DNA of 64,000 bases from the sequence record NC_020077.1; one strand, written 5' to 3'. The notes below the pieces were generated by a model, which was not told the origin of the DNA, searched no databases, and was given only the letters and a program-made list of their open reading frames with translations. Position numbers and translations under genes: made by a program. This document shows positions 27,693-36,988 of this stretch, in pieces (position 1 is the first letter of the stretch; each line of letters opens with the position of its first letter).

Positions 27693-28211
27693 ATGATTTT
27701 CAGTGATAGAGATTTAAAATATTACCTGGAAAAGGGATGGATAAAGATTGAGCCATTAAGAGAAGACACTATTAGGGAAAATGGGGTAGATTTAAGGATT
27801 GGTAACGAGATTGCTAGATTCAAGAAAAATAGGATTTTTGATCCTGACAAAGATTCCATAGATGATTTTATAGAGAAAGAGGTGGGGAATGAGTTTATAA
27901 TAAATCCCCATGAGCATGCATTATTAACTACAGAAGAATATGTAAGATTGCCTAATGATGTAATGGCATTCGTAAATCTTAGATCAACATTTGCTAGGTT
28001 AGGTCTTTTCATTCCTCCAACTATCGTAGATGCAGGATTTGAAGGGCAATTAACTATAGAGTTAGTAGGATCAGAATTCCCAATAAAACTAAAATATGGA
28101 ATGAGATTTATCCACCTAATCTTCGCAAAAACACTAACACCAGTTGAAAAGCCATATAATGGAAAATATCAGAAACAAATGGGTGTGACGCCGGCCAAGC
28201 TCTCAAGTTGA
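27693..28211 (+). CDS. dcd: dCTP deaminase / dUTPase family protein
   Basis: [46 protein letters not shown]. Confidence 0.92.
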   Translation: MIFSDRDLKYYLEKGWIKIEPLREDTIRENGVDLRIGNEIARFKKNRIFDPDKDSIDDFIEKEVGNEFIINPHEHALLTTEEYVRLPNDVMAFVNLRSTFARLGLFIPPTIVDAGFEGQLTIELVGSEFPIKLKYGMRFIHLIFAKTLTPVEKPYNGKYQKQMGVTPAKLSS

Positions 28212-28341
28212 TGTTTTTCTACCAATTTACCAAATTGTAATGACAATTCTGTAGATTTGGTGAATTCTGATCTTTTGTTCATATTTCAGTAACCAAGGTT
28301 ATGGAATCTTTTTAACTTATATTTTGTGAATAATATTTAGA

Positions 28342-31300
28342 ATGAGTGTCACATCGCCAACTACACAACAGTTATATGCTTATGCTCAATACACATCTCT
28401 CCAGCAAAAATTATCTAGCTTACTAAATGAACTTCAACAAATTCCAAACCCTCCAACACCACCACAGGTATCAACTACAAATACTCCAGACGCACTAGCT
28501 AACTATTACTCTGGCCTAGCAGAATATTATCAAAACTTACAATCCTATTCTCAGAATTATGGAAATACAATAGCGCAAAATCTACAAATCTTACAACAAG
28601 CAATGCAAATAGTCAACCAAATGGAAGGATTATTGAAGATTTTAGGAGTGACAGATCCTAACTTACAACAAGTTGCAAACCAAATAAGCCAAAACATAAA
28701 TTATTACCAGCAATTACAAAATGCTACTCAAACAAACTATTCGACATACATTGCCTTTTTCAATAACCTAGCAAATGCCTATAATCAAATAAGTCAGTAT
28801 CAACAACTACCAAGCCTTCCACAGGCGCCTAGTGGTTCCGTATCATTGTCTGATGCTGCTCAATACTACTCAAACTTATCGAACTGGTTAACACAAAACT
28901 CATCTACTGTCCAACAAAACATAAGCGCTTTACAAGGGGCAATACAAGCGTTACAAGCAGCTTTAAACAATGTACCCCCAGGTTATAATGCTTCTCAACT
29001 GCAACAACAGTTACAGCAATGGCAGCAATCTTTAGCACAATTACAAAGTTTAACAAATCTAAATCCACAGCAATTACAAAATACAGCAACTGCTTATTCA
29101 TTATGGGCTCAAGGAATTTCAGCATTTAACCAAGGTGATTACCAAGATGCTGTAAACGATTTTAATCAAGCATTACAAGCTGTTGGTTTAAGTCCACCAT
29201 CATCACCGACACAAAAAGCTCCTTCTTCACAATGGGCTTCACTATTCTACCTTTCTGGATTAGCAAATGCATTATTAAATGCACAAAATATACAAAATCA
29301 ATATCAGCCACAGTTAAACCAGTTAGGTCAACAAATTTCATCTCAACAAGGAGGAAACATTTCGCCACAGCTTCTACAAACCATCTCACAATTCTACACA
29401 GCTTTGCCTCAAGAATTGGCACAAGTAAAACCATACTTCGAACAAGCCTCACAATATGGAGCAAACGTAGGCATTCAGATTAACGTGGAAGGATATAATA
29501 GAGCATCAAAACTTGCAGCTGATTTAGCAAAACTAGCAAGTGACATGGCAAATGCGTTACAGCAATTGAATAATAGTAATACACAGAATCCTAATCCAGC
29601 TAATCAGGCATCGCAAATACTTATGGGCGATCAAGGCCTAGTTAATGAAATAAATTCCCTTGCCTCCTCCTTACCTTCAACCTTTAGCAGTTTAGTAACA
29701 GACGCACAATCCCTAGTTAATGGTTACAATGAACTTACTAAGTCTTCTGTAAACGCATATACGTTTTATAGTGGTGTTAATCAAATTCAACAGTATTTAA
29801 ATCAACAGGATTATCAAGATGCTTATAACGCTGCAGTAAATCTAGCAAAATCGCTTGGTATATCAGTCTCAATTAATGATCTAACACAACAGTCTTATCA
29901 GCCGCCATCTAACGATCAAGAAACTGAAACTGTGTATTACCTACTTTTATTATCGAAGTGGGGTGTAACATATCAGAGTATTACAAATCAATACCAACAA
30001 CAGATTAACTCACTCGCATCTAGCATTAGCTCCTCAAGCTCTATGGAACAAACTTTCAGCACTTATGCACAAATCTTTAAGCTAATGTATGAGATGTATA
30101 GCAATCTCCAACAAATCACCCCTGCTGCTAACGCTGCATTTTCATATTTTGGCGAGACAACTTTCCCGCAAAACTACTTTGCTACAGCTGCAGAGTTAAT
30201 GAAAAAAGCATCAGATATAGCATCACAGATCGCAAATGACCTAGCAAATGGTAATTATGATGATATAGAGAAGATGCAACTGAACTTTAGTGAATTAACA
30301 CAACTACAAAGCATGAACAACAGTCTAACACAAGGCATGACTTCTAGCATACAACAAAACATAGCTAATTTCGCTATTGCTGTTGCAAACTTACAATACA
30401 ATATCGCATTTACAAATTCAATAAACAAAGCATTACAACAAGTAAATAACCAGCAAAACCAGACTACTACTGTTAACCAAAACAGTATAGCCGCGAATCG
30501 TTTCTTCAGAGGTAGATTCGGTAATGCATACGAAGCTTCTAGCAATTCATCAGCACAAACATACCAACAATTATCACAAACATATGCACAAGTAGCACAA
30601 CAAATTACGACAGTTACACAACAACAAGCTGCTGGGAGCGTACAGATACCTGGAATAGGTACAGTAAATGTCCGCGTACCAAATAATCTAGTCAATTCTG
30701 CAAACCAAACCGCACAGCAGATGAAATTATTAAGCCAAGCTTATAATGCATTAGCACAAGCTTCACAGAATTCTAACGACCCACAAACTGCGTTACAGTA
30801 CTATCAAACAGCTTATAATGATTTTACACAAGCTGGCGTTAGTCAAGATAAATTAAGCAACTTACAGAGTGTAATTTCATTTTATCAATATTTAGTAAAT
30901 AATCAAAGCACATTACAAAGCATACAAAGCCAGTTACAAGAAATAGGCAATTTAACACCACAAGTAAATGGTAATTCTGTAAAAATAGGCTCAGCAGCAC
31001 TTGTTGCATCAGCCGCTACAATGCCCTTATCACAAATGAGAAGTACAGTAGAACAAGCAACTGGTTTAGACCAAATAAAGCAACAAATTGATAATTATTA
31101 TGATAATTTCCCATCTTTACCTCAAAACCTACAACAACAAGTTAATAACATGCATACAATTGCAGACACTACAGTTGATTTATATGCAAATAATTTAGTA
31201 GCAAGAGCTTATATAAGTGTAACACAATTACCTAACGTTTCAGCAGACCAACAAATACAAGCATTACAAAATGCGAAACAAGCGCTAGAAAATGCAAAAC

Positions 31301-34300
31301 AAGATACTCAAACATTACAAAGCTTAGGAATAGATATTGATCCATCACAAATCCAGCAGACTATAGATAATATCAACCAAAGCATAAATGAAATACAAGC
31401 AATACAAGGTTCCTCTCAGCAATTACAAAACATATTGAAGCAAATACAAAATCAATTGCAAACGCCTCAAAGTGCAGAAACATTAACATTAAACTTAATG
31501 AATCTATCGAGTCAAGGTTTACAAATAATCAATAATATAATGGCAACATATCAAAAATATGGACAAAGCCCAGACCAAAGCATTTTATCATTGCAAAAGA
31601 AACTACAGAAGATTTATGATAATGCGCAGAGCGAATACCAGTTATTAACTGCGCAACAAGCTTCTCAATCATTTACACAATCAGCAGGCGATATTGCTAC
31701 TGGAAACATAGGTGGGGCTATTATAAGTGGTCTCGCTGGTATTGGTGAATCTGTCTTATCCGGTTTAGCAAATATAGGCGCCAATTTCGTAAGCGTTGTT
31801 GGCACAGCAATAAACGATGGTTTAAACGATCTAAGCAACTTCATAACTCATGCCATTCCTGGTATAGCTGGCCAAATAATCGCTGGAATTGTAATAGGCG
31901 CATTATTTACAATCGTACAATTCATACCTGGAGTTGATGTAGCAGTTGATACAGCAATTGGAGCTTCTATAATGGCTGCAACAATAGGTGATGCAATACA
32001 ACAATATTATTTATCCGGAATTTCTAATCCGCTAACAATAGCAACAGATATAGGAAAATCGTTTATAACACCAGAAGGATTAGCTGCGCTGTTTGCCGGT
32101 GTAGGTTTTTCAATAGGATTGCCACGAGTTGTTGATAATGTAGGCGATTTATTCAAATCAACTGATGATGTAAAAGTATCTGAAGTAGTAAAAAGCCTAG
32201 ATAAGGCAAAAGTTGACTTAGATAATGTACGAGCAAAGGTAGGAGACCTATTAGACAGACTAAATCTCGATAAGAACAAAATTAATGTCTCAGATGTTGC
32301 CAAAAACTTAGATTTAAATAATCTACTTAAGATAAAGGGGGTATTAGAAGGTATTAAAGATGAACTTGATAACCTAGAAGAGCGACTGAATGGAATTGTA
32401 AAAATAGATGCAGAAGTAAAAGTTGGACCAAAAGGTGCAGAAGTTTATACAACAGACATCACATTACTTGGTGAAAAAATTGCTAGCTTAACCGCAGAAA
32501 TAGAAAAAATACAACAAGCTGTTGATGTTACAATTGAAAAACTAAACCCAGCAATCAAGATAACTAAAGAAGGAACAGTAAAAATAGAAGGTGGTGGTAA
32601 TTCTGCATCAATAATAGCTAAGATGAGTAATGAAGGAAAAGTAGACTTATATGAAAATTTACCAAACAATACATTCGAAAAACTTGAAGTTCCTCCTGAA
32701 AACGAAATAGGTTTACCAACATCTAAAAGAGTTGAGATAAATAATGGGGGGTTTCATGGCACTACGCTTTCGCCAGACATATTAAACCTAAAACAAGCTG
32801 ATCTAAACGAAATTAATCCAGAAAAAGCAGTTAATGAATTTTCACAAATCCCAGAAGAGATTAGTAGATTAGAGGCACAATTTGAAAATAAGGAAACAAC
32901 CGCAATATCTATAAGTAAAGATTTCGCAAATTATTTACAAGCAAAATTTGATGCTTTGAGATCACAAATTGAGCAAATCACATCAACAATGAATGAAATA
33001 CATCAAAATAACCCAGATTTTGAAGCAGCAGAGGAAGAAATAGCTCAGCTGGGTTTAGTAAAGCAATTAAAGTCCACTGAAGATCAGCTAAAGACGTTGT
33101 ATCAAAAATTAAGTGCATTGAGACAGATAAGTGGGTTATTAAAAGATGCCACAGAGAAAGCAAAGATAGATATTGAACCACTATTGAAAGATTATGTTGA
33201 TGGTAAGATAGATAATATATATGAGCTAGCAAATATATTAAATGAAAAACTTTATGATTATTATAAACCACAAATCGATTCTTTAGAAAATGATATCTTA
33301 AATGATTTACAGAAGAAGGGCGCAACGCCAGATCAAATTGCAGAGATAAAGGGTAAAATTGATGAAGCATCAAAACAACTTGATGAGATTATTAATCCAA
33401 CAGAATCGACCAATATAACACAAATACTTGATAATGTTAGCAAGCTTGTTGATCAGCTAAATGAAATTGAAGAGCTTGCAAAGAATGCATCTAATGCAAA
33501 TGATATGATTAACATAATAGATGAGCGCCTCGGTGGAGGTTCCGGTACACAATACGAAATACAACTGAAGGCTGAAACGGAGAACCAACCGTTAGGTTCA
33601 AATAACATTAGTCAACCAAAGACCCCTCAAAATACTTCTAGTACCACTAGCCAAACTCCTGGTACTACTGCCTCTGGCGGTATTGAGAGTCAGACTGGTA
33701 GCGGACAGTCTTTAATTGCAGTACAAGTGCCAAAAGAAGCAGTAAACGGCGCAGAAAGTAATGTGATAAACTTATCGCTAAGGTATAGCCTCTCTGATAT
33801 TATTAATACCGCTAGACAAATACTTGGAGAAGACTTTGATAGAGAATTATACGCATTTTCGCAGTTGTTTGGACAAGATTCTATAAACCAAGCAATTTTA
33901 GATGCTGTGAATAAGTCCCCAACACCAGATCTAGACACCATAGCAAGAACCTTAGGCGATGTTATAGAGAGTAAAGTTGATGAGGTTTTACGGACTTCCC
34001 CAGATAAAGCAGTTGCAACTATTGAAGATATGCTGAAAATCAATAATAATTTAGTAAAAAGCAAGCTCACAACAGATTTACTTGACTTTATAAAGAACAA
34101 TCCAAAAGCAACATTTAATGATTTATTGACATTTACAGAGAAAGATCTACCAAAAATTGTTAATGATGTTAAGGATACATTAACAAATACGATTTTAGAT
34201 CAATTGAGTAAAGGGTTTGGTGATTTAACCAACATAATTGGGAAAGATTCGCTAAAGACATTCCTTGAAAACGAGATACAGAATGGTGTATTTGATGTAA

Positions 34301-35409
34301 ATAAGTTGTTAAGTGATGCTAAAGCATTTGTAGATTCCAGGCTGACAGAATTATTGAAAACCAATCCGGAGCAGGTACTCTCAACGATACTAGATTCTGC
34401 AAAGATTGGGAATAAGCTGATTAGAGACAAACTGTTGACAGATACATTAGACTTTGTAAAACGTTTTGGCGGTAATGTGACATTACAAGATATTGCGGAA
34501 TTTATAGCAAAGGACGCTTCTGATCTAAAAACGCAACTTACAAGTGCATTAAAGAGTGGTAACTTACAAGAACTGGCAAATACACTCCCTGCTTTGAAAA
34601 ACGTTCTAGAGGAACTAAAGAAGGACCCAGTAATAGGGTTAAGACAGTACTTTAAGTCAATAAATCCAACACTTGCTGATGCCTTAAATAGGATAACACC
34701 AGATAATGCACTAGATATTCTTGACGCACTAAAGAGTAATAACTTAACTAAGATCGCACAAATACTTGACTTATCAGTAGACGAACTAGAAAGGCCAGAA
34801 GTCAAGTTATCAATAATCAGTGAGCTATTAGACGATTTAATAAAGAAGCTAAAGGTGAAACAAATAACTGAAGAAGACTTCGAAAGCGCTATAGAAAGTT
34901 TGAAAGAAACAATAAATGAAATATTGCCAGAGTACAGAAGTGTGTTAGGTGATTATGCTGAGAGACTGCAAGAACAAGTACAAGAAGTTGAGGATTATGT
35001 AAAACAAAAAAGATTGCCTAAAGTAGTTGAACTTTATGATGTATTGGTTCCATCTACTGCTGAATTACCAGTGATCTTGTCAATAGCAAGCGACAGTGAC
35101 ATTAATTATTTATTAGACTACGTAGAACAGTTAGCCGCTGAAGAACAAACACCACAAGTTAGCCAAGAAATTCCACAACAAGGAGCACAAGAAGAACAGA
35201 GTACAACAGTTTTATCAACACCAGCTGAACCAGAAACACCTATACTTGGAGAACCTTTACCCACACCACCAAACAATGAACCAAACCAACAAGAGCAACC
35301 AGAATACCCAATGCCAACGGGACCTAATGCACCAGCATTGCCAAGCAGAAATACTAGATCTGTCAGCGGTGAAATACAACAACAAGAACTATACTTCCCA
35401 ATTTCATGA
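28342..35409 (+). CDS. Giant 2355-aa virion-associated protein
   Basis: Q/N-rich helical N-half, hydrophobic Gly-rich core (aa about 1120-1265), charged helical C-half; late-type promoter at 28304. Confidence 0.85.
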   Translation: MSVTSPTTQQLYAYAQYTSLQQKLSSLLNELQQIPNPPTPPQVSTTNTPDALANYYSGLAEYYQNLQSYSQNYGNTIAQNLQILQQAMQIVNQMEGLLKILGVTDPNLQQVANQISQNINYYQQLQNATQTNYSTYIAFFNNLANAYNQISQYQQLPSLPQAPSGSVSLSDAAQYYSNLSNWLTQNSSTVQQNISALQGAIQALQAALNNVPPGYNASQLQQQLQQWQQSLAQLQSLTNLNPQQLQNTATAYSLWAQGISAFNQGDYQDAVNDFNQALQAVGLSPPSSPTQKAPSSQWASLFYLSGLANALLNAQNIQNQYQPQLNQLGQQISSQQGGNISPQLLQTISQFYTALPQELAQVKPYFEQASQYGANVGIQINVEGYNRASKLAADLAKLASDMANALQQLNNSNTQNPNPANQASQILMGDQGLVNEINSLASSLPSTFSSLVTDAQSLVNGYNELTKSSVNAYTFYSGVNQIQQYLNQQDYQDAYNAAVNLAKSLGISVSINDLTQQSYQPPSNDQETETVYYLLLLSKWGVTYQSITNQYQQQINSLASSISSSSSMEQTFSTYAQIFKLMYEMYSNLQQITPAANAAFSYFGETTFPQNYFATAAELMKKASDIASQIANDLANGNYDDIEKMQLNFSELTQLQSMNNSLTQGMTSSIQQNIANFAIAVANLQYNIAFTNSINKALQQVNNQQNQTTTVNQNSIAANRFFRGRFGNAYEASSNSSAQTYQQLSQTYAQVAQQITTVTQQQAAGSVQIPGIGTVNVRVPNNLVNSANQTAQQMKLLSQAYNALAQASQNSNDPQTALQYYQTAYNDFTQAGVSQDKLSNLQSVISFYQYLVNNQSTLQSIQSQLQEIGNLTPQVNGNSVKIGSAALVASAATMPLSQMRSTVEQATGLDQIKQQIDNYYDNFPSLPQNLQQQVNNMHTIADTTVDLYANNLVARAYISVTQLPNVSADQQIQALQNAKQALENAKQDTQTLQSLGIDIDPSQIQQTIDNINQSINEIQAIQGSSQQLQNILKQIQNQLQTPQSAETLTLNLMNLSSQGLQIINNIMATYQKYGQSPDQSILSLQKKLQKIYDNAQSEYQLLTAQQASQSFTQSAGDIATGNIGGAIISGLAGIGESVLSGLANIGANFVSVVGTAINDGLNDLSNFITHAIPGIAGQIIAGIVIGALFTIVQFIPGVDVAVDTAIGASIMAATIGDAIQQYYLSGISNPLTIATDIGKSFITPEGLAALFAGVGFSIGLPRVVDNVGDLFKSTDDVKVSEVVKSLDKAKVDLDNVRAKVGDLLDRLNLDKNKINVSDVAKNLDLNNLLKIKGVLEGIKDELDNLEERLNGIVKIDAEVKVGPKGAEVYTTDITLLGEKIASLTAEIEKIQQAVDVTIEKLNPAIKITKEGTVKIEGGGNSASIIAKMSNEGKVDLYENLPNNTFEKLEVPPENEIGLPTSKRVEINNGGFHGTTLSPDILNLKQADLNEINPEKAVNEFSQIPEEISRLEAQFENKETTAISISKDFANYLQAKFDALRSQIEQITSTMNEIHQNNPDFEAAEEEIAQLGLVKQLKSTEDQLKTLYQKLSALRQISGLLKDATEKAKIDIEPLLKDYVDGKIDNIYELANILNEKLYDYYKPQIDSLENDILNDLQKKGATPDQIAEIKGKIDEASKQLDEIINPTESTNITQILDNVSKLVDQLNEIEELAKNASNANDMINIIDERLGGGSGTQYEIQLKAETENQPLGSNNISQPKTPQNTSSTTSQTPGTTASGGIESQTGSGQSLIAVQVPKEAVNGAESNVINLSLRYSLSDIINTARQILGEDFDRELYAFSQLFGQDSINQAILDAVNKSPTPDLDTIARTLGDVIESKVDEVLRTSPDKAVATIEDMLKINNNLVKSKLTTDLLDFIKNNPKATFNDLLTFTEKDLPKIVNDVKDTLTNTILDQLSKGFGDLTNIIGKDSLKTFLENEIQNGVFDVNKLLSDAKAFVDSRLTELLKTNPEQVLSTILDSAKIGNKLIRDKLLTDTLDFVKRFGGNVTLQDIAEFIAKDASDLKTQLTSALKSGNLQELANTLPALKNVLEELKKDPVIGLRQYFKSINPTLADALNRITPDNALDILDALKSNNLTKIAQILDLSVDELERPEVKLSIISELLDDLIKKLKVKQITEEDFESAIESLKETINEILPEYRSVLGDYAERLQEQVQEVEDYVKQKRLPKVVELYDVLVPSTAELPVILSIASDSDINYLLDYVEQLAAEEQTPQVSQEIPQQGAQEEQSTTVLSTPAEPETPILGEPLPTPPNNEPNQQEQPEYPMPTGPNAPALPSRNTRSVSGEIQQQELYFPIS

Positions 35410-36402
35410 AGATACAAAAATTTTTTCTAATTCCTTTATTAACTCTTTTTGAACTTCTTCTCTCACTTTCTTTTTTCTTTCCAACTCAGCTCTTATTTCA
35501 TCTTTTACTTTCTTCAACAAACCAGTCTTTACATAATAATCATATACTATCATCCATTTTTCCCTCGCTTTATTACGTAGTTCGAATAGATATGCAATAA
35601 TATCCCTCATGTTAATCTGAGGAGGCTGTCTATCTATCTCATCCTTATAGGCTTCTATAGTCTTCTCAAGCCTATCAGAAAAGATCCACATCATATAATA
35701 ATAGTACTTACGAAGAGAAGATTCACTTGTAAATGCTTTTTCATCAATCTTATCACCATTAATTGGCACATAATCTCCTGCTAAGAGTTCTTCAAGCTCG
35801 GTCTGATTCAGAAAATGAAAGCTTAACTCACCAATTAGCTTACTCCTTCCACCGTTACCACATAAGCCGTTTTCAGTAACTTCATTTAAATAATTATTAA
35901 TTTTCTCCCTAAGATTTTTAATTGCTGGCATTATTTCATCTACTGCTTTCTCTAAACGCTCTGCCTTTTCTTTCTCACCTTTCTGTTTAAGAGCTCCAAG
36001 ATGTATATAAAAGGCAAAATCCTTCATAGACAGATGAGAAGGAAGGTTTATAAGATTAATTTTTCTAGGTAGAACTTCATAAAAATATGACCAGAGTTTA
36101 AAACAATATCTGGCCGCTCCCTCAAGTGCTTTCTTTATTTCTTCAAGTACCACATGAGGATCATCGTTTTTGTGTGCTTCAAGGTACTCCTTTACGCTTT
36201 TATATCCTTGTGGAATGTATAATAAATCCTTGCTAAACTCTTTTTCATCCATTATTTGAACATTTAGGCTTTTTTCAAACTCTTCTTCTTCTAGTCTTTT
36301 CATTATCCAGGGATCATTTATGCCTTTATAGTACTCGATTATCTTTTTCGCTTCTGTTATAATCTCATTTAACCTTTCAACATAGTCCGAATAACTTCTC
36401 AT
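35404..36402 (-). CDS. Hypothetical charged helical protein
   Basis: 332-aa ORF. Confidence 0.75.
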   Translation of the reverse strand: MRSYSDYVERLNEIITEAKKIIEYYKGINDPWIMKRLEEEEFEKSLNVQIMDEKEFSKDLLYIPQGYKSVKEYLEAHKNDDPHVVLEEIKKALEGAARYCFKLWSYFYEVLPRKINLINLPSHLSMKDFAFYIHLGALKQKGEKEKAERLEKAVDEIMPAIKNLREKINNYLNEVTENGLCGNGGRSKLIGELSFHFLNQTELEELLAGDYVPINGDKIDEKAFTSESSLRKYYYYMMWIFSDRLEKTIEAYKDEIDRQPPQINMRDIIAYLFELRNKAREKWMIVYDYYVKTGLLKKVKDEIRAELERKKKVREEVQKELIKELEKIFVSS

Positions 36403-36445
36403 CTAAAAAATATATAGAGAGAAAGGTAAAAAATATTTTTATCTT

Positions 36446-36889
36446 TTATACGCCTTGTGGGAGATAACCTAATGCCATCAGTATGTATAAAACTTCTGAT
36501 ATTGAAAATGCGCTTGTTACAACATCGTCAAATACCAGAACAACTGGCGCTACTAATGAACCTTGAACCATTAGTGGAATCCAATGGACAAAGAAGAAAA
36601 TCGCATTAGTGTAGATATACGTAACATATGCTACTATAAACACAGTTTGCGCGTAAGTTTGTGTTGAAGAGGAAAGGTTTGATAGTACTGATATTCCAGA
36701 TATTGCTCCTAGTGCTGCTACACCGTTTGCTATAGCTCCAAAAAATGGATTATTTGTCAATCCAGCTAGGAATGAGATAATGCTTATCCCAGAAATGTAA
36801 GATAGTAACTGAGATGCTTGCCCAAAAACGGAGTTTGGTGCCGCTGCCATAATTGCATCAAACAAGATGTTTAATACTGCTGCGCCCAT
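36446..36889 (-). CDS. Hydrophobic membrane/virion protein
   Basis: 147 aa with about 4 hydrophobic segments. Confidence 0.7.
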   Translation of the reverse strand: MGAAVLNILFDAIMAAAPNSVFGQASQLLSYISGISIISFLAGLTNNPFFGAIANGVAALGAISGISVLSNLSSSTQTYAQTVFIVAYVTYIYTNAIFFFVHWIPLMVQGSLVAPVVLVFDDVVTSAFSISEVLYILMALGYLPQGV

Positions 36890-36988
36890 TACTATTCCAA
36901 ATGCTGCGTTAAATGTTGCTTGTAAGAAATTTGTTAGGAATCCCGTATTCTCTCACCTTTTGTATATAATTATTCTATTTCATTCACC

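Noticed and set aside
28904-35452. Numerous antisense or alternative-frame ORFs inside long genes, here and throughout the track (e.g. 2609, 4922, 16994, 25407, 30255, 33690, 34200, 51118)
   Set aside because: Shadow ORFs fully overlapping well-supported genes, with S/F/L/I-biased composition typical of reverse-frame translation.
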